64,000 nucleotides of DNA from a virus. The translations under genes were made by a program, and so were the position numbers. The stretch is from IMG/VR virus record IMGVR_UViG_3300042519_001698, one strand, 5' to 3'. Below, piece by piece: positions 56,570 to 64,000 of the stretch. Numbering within the stretch: the first letter of the stretch is position 1; the number at the start of each line of letters is the position of its first letter. The notes below the pieces were generated by a model. It did not search any database. It was given only the letters and a program-made list of their open reading frames with translations, and had not been told where the DNA came from.

Positions 56570-58459
56570 TTACTGAGTTTTTTTATTGTATGAAGAAAGT
56601 TTTTTCATTTTGTTAAGTTCTTCCATTAGAACATTATTTAATGAAACTTTCGATTCGTTAGTTGGAACCGCTTCTTTCTTATAAAGAACTCTTTTCTTTT
56701 TATCTTCTTCTCTGTTTTTCATTTGTACCTCAAGTCCTTTAGCCGTTTCAGGTGTTGGGGTTGAATTACCATCTTTATCTTTAGAAACCTCACCAAGTTT
56801 TGAACCGTTGGTTGGTTTCACAGTTGTTTTTTCGGTTGTTGAGGCGTTACCCATAAGTTTATCACCTTCAATAGCCATTTTCAATCTTTTTTTGAATTTT
56901 TCGTCTGGTTCATTATCGTAATCTAAATTTTGTAATCCGGCGAAATTCTTAGCAACCTCTTCGTCTTGTTCTTTTGTATTTTTTCTTGCAACCTTCTCTC
57001 CTTTCCCTACTTGATGTGGGAATTCAGGTTTATCATTACCTTCAACATCAATGTGATTTTTATTCACATCTTTCATCATTGCATCAATTCCTTCTTTATT
57101 TTGTTTACCACTTTCTTTGTGTGCTTTCTTGTATGCATCTAAACCTGGTGTTGATTCATTAACCATTTTAGCAATTAATTGTGCTAATTCAGATTCAGTA
57201 ACTCTAATAGTTCTTTTCTTAGTTGATTCGTACATGTTACTACCACATTCATTACACATTCCTTCTTCATTCATCATACCACCACACTCATTACACATTC
57301 CTTTATTTTCGTTCACCTCATTTGATAAGTCAACATCTTCGTCTTCATCATCATCTTCAAAACCGTCTCCACCACCATCACGGAACATATCAAATAAATC
57401 ATATCCATAAGTGTCTTTAAGGTCGTCAATTAATTCTTCTTCGTCTTCATCGTCAATATCACCATTAGCCATTGCATCTTGGACAATGTGACTAATTACA
57501 TTATCCGCATATTCAAACTCATCAGAGAATGTTGTAGGGTCATGTTCTTTCAATGCTGCTCCATTATATTTTTCCCATATTGAGTATACATCTTCACCGT
57601 CTTTCTCAAATTCCTCGGCAACATCACCTTGTTGTTCGTCACCTTCTTTCTTCTTTTTCAACAACATTCTGAAATCGTTTGCACTGATTTTACCGTCATG
57701 GTCCGCATCTATTTTATCTTGGTCACCATGTAACTCTTCTTCCATACTGGCAGAACATTCTTGACATTCCTCTTCTTCGTTCTTTTGACCCTTTAAGATT
57801 TTGAAATCTTGTGCATCAATTTCACCATTATGATTTTTATCAAGTTTGTGTTGGTTTCCAACTAATTTTTCATTCATTTCAGTATTTTCCATGTTGTCTG
57901 TTTCTTTTTTCTTCTTTTTAAGTAAATGGGGTGCACATTCTTTTGCCAATTGAATAAGTATGTGTTTTACTTTATCACCACCACTATTATAATTCCATTC
58001 ATAATCTGATGAGTCAATTTTAAAATACATCTCATAATGTTCTTGGTCATCAATCTTACCTGAGTCAAGCCACCCATCAACTTTAGCTTTTACTTCTTCC
58101 ATTATCTCATCATAATATTCGAACGAATCTGATTGATTTGAAAACCATTCGTTCATTTCACCACTTTTCATATCGTCCGTTTCTTCTAATTGGTCATTCA
58201 TTTCATCAAGTTTATCTAACATATCATCTTGTGATTCGTAGACACTCTTTTCAATAATTAATTCACCTTTATGTTTTGCTTTATATTGAGGTAAGTTTTC
58301 TTCAGCCTCGGCTTCAGATTCAAAAGTAGCCAAAGGAATTCCTTCACATTTAATGTGATATACTTCTTTTTTATTTTCTTTAGATTCCTTTAATATTGTA
58401 CGTCTAACCTCTTCAGAGACCACGTTATCAATAATTTGGTTAATTTCACTTATCTTCAT
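56570..58459 (-). CDS. Acidic putative internal head/scaffold protein with two EF-hand-like loops
   Basis: DKNHNGEIDAQDF and DADHDGKISANDF; many (M/V/L/I)xE motifs; RVTESELAQLIAKMVNES; C-terminal LMEELNKMKKL. Confidence 0.6.
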   Translation of the reverse strand: MKISEINQIIDNVVSEEVRRTILKESKENKKEVYHIKCEGIPLATFESEAEAEENLPQYKAKHKGELIIEKSVYESQDDMLDKLDEMNDQLEETDDMKSGEMNEWFSNQSDSFEYYDEIMEEVKAKVDGWLDSGKIDDQEHYEMYFKIDSSDYEWNYNSGGDKVKHILIQLAKECAPHLLKKKKKETDNMENTEMNEKLVGNQHKLDKNHNGEIDAQDFKILKGQKNEEEECQECSASMEEELHGDQDKIDADHDGKISANDFRMLLKKKKEGDEQQGDVAEEFEKDGEDVYSIWEKYNGAALKEHDPTTFSDEFEYADNVISHIVQDAMANGDIDDEDEEELIDDLKDTYGYDLFDMFRDGGGDGFEDDDEDEDVDLSNEVNENKGMCNECGGMMNEEGMCNECGSNMYESTKKRTIRVTESELAQLIAKMVNESTPGLDAYKKAHKESGKQNKEGIDAMMKDVNKNHIDVEGNDKPEFPHQVGKGEKVARKNTKEQDEEVAKNFAGLQNLDYDNEPDEKFKKRLKMAIEGDKLMGNASTTEKTTVKPTNGSKLGEVSKDKDGNSTPTPETAKGLEVQMKNREEDKKKRVLYKKEAVPTNESKVSLNNVLMEELNKMKKLSSYNKKTQ

Positions 58460-58461
58460 AA

Positions 58462-59265
58462 TTAAATAAATATCTTGTTAATCTCATTTAATACAATATT
58501 TTCCATATCACTATATGGGATTCCGTATTTTTTTGAGGTTTCTTTAATCGCTTCTTGTAATTCTTTGTCTTCGTGGATAAATTCTAACGCTCCAATTCCC
58601 TGATTACAATAAGGAAATTTCTTACATTTATCTTTAACCTTAACATAAACCGCCTTTGGTCCACCAAAACGTGGCCATTTTTTATCTTTAACCGCTCTAT
58701 TCTTATATATCGTTTCGGGACCACCCACCTTCAATGGATTTTTACGTCCTTTTGGTGATTTACCTAAAAAAGGTACGTCAAATTCACCTGAACTTCCAAT
58801 ACCATCTTCATTTAATTTTCTTTTAACCGTACCACCAAACAATGGACCTTCAGATGACCCCGATGAACCTGAATCCATTTCTTTGGTTTCAATCTTTTTT
58901 GAATAATTATAAGTTTTTGAAAGGTCAACAACCCATATCTTAGGATTAATACCATTTTTAATTAAGCCGGCCAATCTCGTGTTTCCACCTAATAAATCAT
59001 AATCGTTTTTACTAAATTTAACGGCCATCGGTATTTCTACCACACCATTTTCAAATGCCTCTTCAAATCTTTTTTTCTTATCTTCCTCTAAACTGTCGTA
59101 ATCTAAATTTATATTACTTAAAACATTTTCAATTGATTCAAAATTCTCTATTTCAAAATTATTTTGAGCAGCATCTAACCAACCTTTATATCCCATCTTC
59201 TCGAATTCACGATAACGAAGGGCTTCCATCCATTCATCCTTAAAATTTGGTTTTGTATACTTCAT
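58462..59265 (-). CDS. Hypothetical protein with ParB/Srx-like N-terminal segment
   Basis: IPMAV..YDLLGGNTRLAGL resembles the ParB-N motif; C-terminal KDKCKKFPYCNQG. Confidence 0.5.
   Translation of the reverse strand: MKYTKPNFKDEWMEALRYREFEKMGYKGWLDAAQNNFEIENFESIENVLSNINLDYDSLEEDKKKRFEEAFENGVVEIPMAVKFSKNDYDLLGGNTRLAGLIKNGINPKIWVVDLSKTYNYSKKIETKEMDSGSSGSSEGPLFGGTVKRKLNEDGIGSSGEFDVPFLGKSPKGRKNPLKVGGPETIYKNRAVKDKKWPRFGGPKAVYVKVKDKCKKFPYCNQGIGALEFIHEDKELQEAIKETSKKYGIPYSDMENIVLNEINKIFI
58466..58472 (-). promoter_or_regulatory. TATTTAT motif upstream of 58459
   Basis: Overlaps the last codons of the upstream gene, 6 nt from the ATG. Confidence 0.35.
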
Positions 59266-59510
59266 TATCTTACGTTTTTAATTGCACTTTCCCAAAAACC
59301 CTTTCTTTGCCATAAGGTTTTGAATAGTTCAACAACAACTTTAGTGGATAGGTCAACGATTTTATCATCAATTTTTTTAGTTCCTAATTCATCTTGAATC
59401 ATCTTAACAACCATTTTAGTTGCTTGAGTGGAACTCATAAAATCTCTAATTTCCTTCTTTGCGATATTTTCAATATCCTTCTTATCTTGAGATGTAAGTG
59501 ATGATGCCAT
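59265..59510 (-). CDS. Hypothetical protein
   Basis: 81-aa ORF in operon. Confidence 0.7.
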   Translation of the reverse strand: MASSLTSQDKKDIENIAKKEIRDFMSSTQATKMVVKMIQDELGTKKIDDKIVDLSTKVVVELFKTLWQRKGFWESAIKNVR

Positions 59511-59512
59511 TA

Positions 59513-60040
59513 TTAATTATGATTTCTTTGTGTGATTATTGGTTCCAATTCCGTTTTATATGTCTCTTCAAACTTGGCTAATTTGGTTAGAATGTTAGCC
59601 ATATTCTGTTCCAATTTTAACATGTCAGCATTAATATATACACCCGCCTCTTCTCCTGCAATGAAAACAAAATCAATTTTCTCGTCACTTAATTTACCAT
59701 CTAATCTAATTTGATTTTGATTAATAGTCATTCCAGGTTCAAAATCGACCATTTGGGAAACTTGTTGTTTAAATGAATCAATCAATTTAGAAATTAATTC
59801 TTTTTGATCTTCTTGTAATTCCATGTCTCTTTCATCACTTGATAATAATTTAACGTCTACACCATTGATAACCGTAATGTCGTCTTTTACATTACCATCC
59901 ATATTGTGCATGTCTAAATCTTGACCATCAAGTCCTTCTTCGTTAATTGATTTTCTTTGTGATACCGATTCAGTTAAGGTTCTTATGGTTCTTAACATGT
60001 TTTTGGTCACATCATATTCATTTTTCATTTTCTTTTTCAT
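59513..60040 (-). CDS. Hypothetical protein
   Basis: 175-aa ORF; KNMLRTIRTLTES and INE motifs as in the acidic neighbour. Confidence 0.7.
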   Translation of the reverse strand: MKKKMKNEYDVTKNMLRTIRTLTESVSQRKSINEEGLDGQDLDMHNMDGNVKDDITVINGVDVKLLSSDERDMELQEDQKELISKLIDSFKQQVSQMVDFEPGMTINQNQIRLDGKLSDEKIDFVFIAGEEAGVYINADMLKLEQNMANILTKLAKFEETYKTELEPIITQRNHN

Positions 60041-60635
60041 TGTTAAAGAGAACCCTAAAATTAAAAGAAGGGTTTATATCTGTATAAATATTTGAAAAGT
60101 TAGATTTACATACAATTCCTTTAAAATTAGTTACATTTTCCATAAATCCCTGTGAAGGGACTATCTGTTTGTAGATATTATTGGTCTCACATATATGAGA
60201 ACACAGATTTGATAGAGAATTTAACTGTACGTCGTTGTACTTGTCCCAAAAATGATAATTTCTCCAAGTACGGATGTGGGGTTCTGCTCTGTATGGGTCG
60301 CCAATCCAATTATTAAGGACACCAGTGATGGTATTCTTATTTAACCACCCCAAGTTCTCAATTGCAATTTTAACCATCTTACGGTCAAGTTTGGGGTCGT
60401 AAAACGTATCGGAACTATAGTCAGTATCAAATAGTTGATAAACCATTCCAAGTTTGGATACAACAAAATGAGGAATATCAGAATATTCCCCGTTTTTACG
60501 ATGTTTAATTTTATTTATAAAATCGTCAACCCTTCTTTGGGTATCGTACAATAAAATTTGAGATTTCTTAGTTTTCCTTTTATGGATGTTCAGTTTACCC
60601 TTATCGATTGTTTCTATATCGTGTATTTCCAACAT
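60018..60635 (-). CDS. Amidase_2 (N-acetylmuramoyl-L-alanine amidase)-like protein, apparently lacking Zn ligands
   Basis: QILLYDT, PHFVVSKLGMVYQLF, IAIENLGW, YNDVQLNSL, GIVCKSN..DINP align to the amidase fold, but the His ligands are absent. Confidence 0.65.
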   Translation of the reverse strand: MLEIHDIETIDKGKLNIHKRKTKKSQILLYDTQRRVDDFINKIKHRKNGEYSDIPHFVVSKLGMVYQLFDTDYSSDTFYDPKLDRKMVKIAIENLGWLNKNTITGVLNNWIGDPYRAEPHIRTWRNYHFWDKYNDVQLNSLSNLCSHICETNNIYKQIVPSQGFMENVTNFKGIVCKSNFSNIYTDINPSFNFRVLFNNEKENEK

Positions 60636-60852
60636 TTTTTACTACAAATTTAGGAGATATAGGTGCGGGTAGTGTGGTTATTATTTCTTCTTCTGAAGTT
60701 GGTATAATTATTTTATTGTTTTCTAAATCATAAATCACTTGGTTCGGATTCACATCTTCTTTTTCCCAATATAAATCTTCTTTATAATCTGTTAATTCTG
60801 ATGTTGGGGTTGATGTATCTCCTATTGTTGACAAAACCGATTCCTCCTGCAA
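60601..60852 (-). CDS. Acidic ORF; probable frameshifted C-terminal continuation of 60876-61994
   Basis: Only a TTG start; the frame is open back to the A10 run at 60880-60889. Confidence 0.5.
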   Translation of the reverse strand: MQEESVLSTIGDTSTPTSELTDYKEDLYWEKEDVNPNQVIYDLENNKIIIPTSEEEIITTLPAPISPKFVVKNVGNTRYRNNR

Positions 60853-60875
60853 TTTGAATGTTTGCGTTGGGGTTT

Positions 60876-61994
60876 CTAATTTTTTTTTTCATCTTCATTT
60901 TCGGAAGATGTATCAATATTTTCGTCTATTTTAAATTCCTTTACTTCTTCGGGTGTTGCAAATGGTTCAGGGACAAATCCATCAAAATCTTCTTCAGTAT
61001 CTAAATCCCTTTCATATTCACGTTGATTCATTTCCATTATTTCCTCGTCAGACATTGAAGGTACAAATTCATCTTTGTGGAAAATATTCTCCGTTTCAGG
61101 TTCTATAGTGGAAAAATTTCGTTGAACTTCTTCTTCAGTTGGTTCTTCTTGTAAAATTTTCTCTATTTCTTCTTCAGTAAAGAATGGTTCTTCATCTTCT
61201 AAACCATCCATCAATGTGACATCCCAATCTGAGGTTTCTTCTTTAATCATTGGACTATCAAATGGTTCGTCATATAAACCTAATTCTTGGTCGTTCTTCA
61301 TCATGTCCGCTAATAGTTCGCCACGTTTTTCACGTTCAATATCTGTCTTCATTTTATAATATTCAGCGGCAGATTTTAAAGTGTCATTTGGTCCTTGTGG
61401 ATTTAATAAAACATCTTCAAGTATCTTTAAATCATTATCACTTAAATGTATTCTTGAGGACTCATCAACAAAATCTTTTAAATCTTCGGGATTAGATTCT
61501 TTAGTGTCGACAATTTTTTCATTAAGTCTATCTTCTTCAGTAAACTTTACCAACATGTGTAAGAAAGATAATGAGATAATTGGTAACATACCACCAGCAA
61601 AAAATGCTAAGAATCTTTTATGTCCAACAAAATCATTTGCGTCAACACCCATAAATTCAACTAATGGTGAAACCAACCCAACCCAATCTTTAAATAATTG
61701 GCCGTCTATATCGATATAAGAATACGCGAAAAATATGTTACCGATAAATTGAATAACTGTCACAACTGCAAATGGGAAATATACTTTCTTACCCATGTTA
61801 GCTGATATCGCAGCAAGAGCCGATAATGCTGCAATTTCAATTCCTATGGACAAGTAAATTGCCCAACTAACAGGATTAGAAATACCATACCATTTTGTTA
61901 CGTGTGAAATAGAGACAATTGCAACAGTAATGATTGGAATCAAAAACGCCGTAATAATTAATGTCTTATAATTTTGATTTAACCAATGTTTCAT
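60876..61994 (-). CDS. Membrane protein (about four TM helices) with long acidic tail
   Basis: Hydrophobic N-terminal ~150 aa, then an E/D-rich region ending at an A10 homopolymer. Confidence 0.75.
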   Translation of the reverse strand: MKHWLNQNYKTLIITAFLIPIITVAIVSISHVTKWYGISNPVSWAIYLSIGIEIAALSALAAISANMGKKVYFPFAVVTVIQFIGNIFFAYSYIDIDGQLFKDWVGLVSPLVEFMGVDANDFVGHKRFLAFFAGGMLPIISLSFLHMLVKFTEEDRLNEKIVDTKESNPEDLKDFVDESSRIHLSDNDLKILEDVLLNPQGPNDTLKSAAEYYKMKTDIEREKRGELLADMMKNDQELGLYDEPFDSPMIKEETSDWDVTLMDGLEDEEPFFTEEEIEKILQEEPTEEEVQRNFSTIEPETENIFHKDEFVPSMSDEEIMEMNQREYERDLDTEEDFDGFVPEPFATPEEVKEFKIDENIDTSSENEDEKKN

Positions 61995-62263
61995 TATTTG
62001 ATTGTTTCCTCCAATTTTTTAATTTCTTCGTCAATCACAGTTTGTCTTTGTACATCTAACATTTTACGGTCAGTTGCTTGAATCATTCTTTTCTCTGAAC
62101 GAAGTCCTTCTATTTTCATCTTAGTTGAAATTTTACTTTCCAAATCTGTCATTTCTTTTCTGACCTTTGCAATTTCTCTAGTGTCACCACACCCTTTAAA
62201 AAATGTTAGTAGTGAAATCGCCAATACAATTATTGTAAAATTTTCTTGAATAAATTTTTTCAT
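61994..62263 (-). CDS. Membrane-anchored coiled-coil protein (possibly lysis-associated)
   Basis: N-terminal TM then FFKGC and a coiled coil. Confidence 0.5.
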   Translation of the reverse strand: MKKFIQENFTIIVLAISLLTFFKGCGDTREIAKVRKEMTDLESKISTKMKIEGLRSEKRMIQATDRKMLDVQRQTVIDEEIKKLEETIK

Positions 62264-62281
62264 ATTTTAATTTTTTTACTT

Positions 62282-63097
62282 TTATAAATAGTTTAGTAAG
62301 TCAAAACTCTCGTTTCTGAGTTTCTTTATTGCTTTATCTCTCAATTGTCTAATACGTTCTTTGGTACAACCAAACTCTTCTCCCAAATCTTCTAGATTAC
62401 ATTCTGTTCCCGTTAAACCAAAATATCTTTCAATAATGGTCTTTTCTCTATCATCTAAAACACTTAACATTAAGTTCACCTTTTTTTTAATTTCTTCTGG
62501 TGAATTTAAAATAGCATCAGGACTTTCAATATTTTTATTTGGGATTACGTCAATTAATTGGTCACCCTCTTCGTTAATCTCTCTGTATAAACCAATACAA
62601 TATGGTAATGTAGTTCCAATTGGTGTTGATTCACTTTCATCATCTATATAAAATCTATCTTCTTGACTGACATGTCTTTTCTTTTCTTTTTGAGCGTCTT
62701 GAACAAGATTGGATGGTATTCTAATTGTTCTCGCATTCTCATTTAATGATGCAATCATTGATTGTCTAACCCACCATACCGCATACGAAATAAATTTCAA
62801 TCCACTTGTGGGATCAAATCTTTCAGATGCCTTCATTAAACCTATGTTACCTTCTGAAATTAAATCTAATAAATCTAAACCTTGATTTTGATATCCCTTA
62901 GCGACCGAAATTACAAATCTTAAATTACCGACAACTAACTCGTCAAATAACGATTGTTTTTCAAATTTTGAGATGTCTTTTTTTTGTAGAAGAAGAAAAA
63001 TTTCTTCTTGTCTTTCGTGTGAAATTACAGGGATTCTACGAAGATCTTTAATGTAATGTTGAATTTCATCGCCGTTAATTAGAATAGATTTTTTCAT
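62282..63097 (-). CDS. RNA polymerase sigma-70 family factor (short, no region 1.1)
   Basis: NLRFVISVAKGY, DLISEGNIGL..ERFDPT.G.KFISYAVWWVRQ, RTIRIP, LEDLGEEFGCTKERIRQL. Confidence 0.92.
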   Translation of the reverse strand: MKKSILINGDEIQHYIKDLRRIPVISHERQEEIFLLLQKKDISKFEKQSLFDELVVGNLRFVISVAKGYQNQGLDLLDLISEGNIGLMKASERFDPTSGLKFISYAVWWVRQSMIASLNENARTIRIPSNLVQDAQKEKKRHVSQEDRFYIDDESESTPIGTTLPYCIGLYREINEEGDQLIDVIPNKNIESPDAILNSPEEIKKKVNLMLSVLDDREKTIIERYFGLTGTECNLEDLGEEFGCTKERIRQLRDKAIKKLRNESFDLLNYL

Positions 63098-63145
63098 TTT
63101 AGTAAGTTTATGTAGTTTAAGTTATACTAAAATAGATAAAAAAAA

Positions 63146-63607
63146 TCAATTTTCAAAATTATCCAAGAAGTTTTTTTCCTCAGATGTTAAACTTTCAATT
63201 CCCATTTGTTTAATTTTATCCAACAACTGGTCTAAGTCCATTATTTCGGTTGGTTTAGACGGTTTGTCATATTCAACCTTGACTATTTGATTCTCAGTTG
63301 TAGTTTTAAAAATCAAGTTTTTAACCTCCAATGGAAGGTGTGCAGTTACTAAACTATGTCTATCAAACATAAAATAAAACTTAATATTGTCATCAATTAA
63401 GATGGTAAACATTTCTTTTGAAAGTGTTGTGTAGTCTAAGTCTGATTCAAATATCACAATAATATTTTGTGTATTTTCAATTACATATCTTACCGTTTTT
63501 ATAAAAGGTAATTCACCAATGATGTCAGTACAAAAATACTCAAGATCATCGTAATCTTCAAACATGCCAAAAATAAATAATATGAAGGTTTTAGATTTAT
63601 CCATCAT
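63146..63607 (-). CDS. Hypothetical protein with C-terminal DUF6576-like helix pair
   Basis: DQLLDKIKQMGIESLTSEEKNFL. Confidence 0.55.
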   Translation of the reverse strand: MMDKSKTFILFIFGMFEDYDDLEYFCTDIIGELPFIKTVRYVIENTQNIIVIFESDLDYTTLSKEMFTILIDDNIKFYFMFDRHSLVTAHLPLEVKNLIFKTTTENQIVKVEYDKPSKPTEIMDLDQLLDKIKQMGIESLTSEEKNFLDNFEN

Positions 63608-63614
63608 TGTAAAA

Positions 63615-64000
63615 TTATTTTAATTTAAGTTTCCAATAAACTCCACCTCCAATAAACGGAGTTAATCTTCCTTCAGTTCCCGCGTCGTCAACTCTATTAG
63701 TGACACCAACACCTAATTTATACATGTGTCTATCATCTTTATTTTTAAATAACATACTTAATCCTATGATATTGATTACGTTAGGTTTGTCAAATTTCAC
63801 ATCTAATCCTAAATATGCCTCCGATTTTCTTGGTATTTGTGTGTAGATAGTATCGTTAATTATCATACGTTTAACGTCAGCAATAAACTTACGATTGACT
63901 ATTGTGTTATTAGCAATTGTATCGATAATTGTTACGGTTCCTTGATTGTTGGGTAATTTCAAAACATCCTTATATTGTATCTTAGCAAAATGTGATTTCA
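63615..64000 (-). CDS. Hypothetical protein, 5' truncated by window edge
   Basis: The frame of the 63615-63962 ORF stays open to the window end (..KSHFAKIQYKDVLKLP..); beta-rich C-terminus GGGVYWKLKLK. Confidence 0.7.
   Translation of the reverse strand, partial: KSHFAKIQYKDVLKLPNNQGTVTIIDTIANNTIVNRKFIADVKRMIINDTIYTQIPRKSEAYLGLDVKFDKPNVINIIGLSMLFKNKDDRHMYKLGVGVTNRVDDAGTEGRLTPFIGGGVYWKLKLK

Noticed and set aside
60782-60892. Short ORF MKKKIRNPNANIQIAGG... starting at the ATG before the A10 run
   Set aside because: Overlaps the acidic ORF out of frame with no motif support. It is kept only as an alternative reading of the homopolymer site.
1-64000. Stop-codon reassignment (as in some large phages)
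   Set aside because: Recognisable enzymes are full length under the standard code. Reading the TAG at 60876 through gives no sensible extension.
1-64000. tRNA/rRNA genes, introns, inteins, IS elements
   Set aside because: Nearly all sequence is accounted for by CDS; no cloverleaf, intein or transposase signature was seen by eye. tRNAscan/Infernal were not run.

Overview
AT-rich, densely coding window that reads as part of a large (jumbo-type) tailed phage, probably of a Bacteroidota host. Host clues: Hc1-like small protein, short sigma-70, A-rich start contexts with no obvious Shine-Dalgarno sites. There are three blocks. (1) About 1-32.7 kb is a large glycan synthesis and decoration cluster: CysC plus a HIGH nucleotidyltransferase, a NodU-type carbamoyltransferase, three NDP-sugar SDR enzymes, RmlC, a split TPP-dependent alpha/beta pair, two or three 2OG-Fe(II) oxygenases, two methyltransferases, four radical SAM enzymes, eight SGNH-like proteins plus a 46-aa remnant, and several glycosyltransferases, two of which are GT7-like with a LamG domain inserted. 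(2) About 32.7-50.6 kb is a structural block of small lectin-like proteins sharing an N-terminal motif and five modular fibre proteins, four with long proline-free Gly-(Ser/Thr)-(Ser/Ala) collagen-like repeats. (3) About 50.6-64 kb holds glutaredoxin, thioredoxin, an AAA ATPase, NusG, a DNA adenine methyltransferase, an Hc1-like protein, putative head-associated acidic proteins, a degenerate amidase and a sigma factor. Leading hypothesis (inference): a phage-encoded system that O-glycosylates its own Ser/Thr collagen-like fibres with a heavily modified glycan. All family assignments come from motif recognition by eye; no database searches were run.
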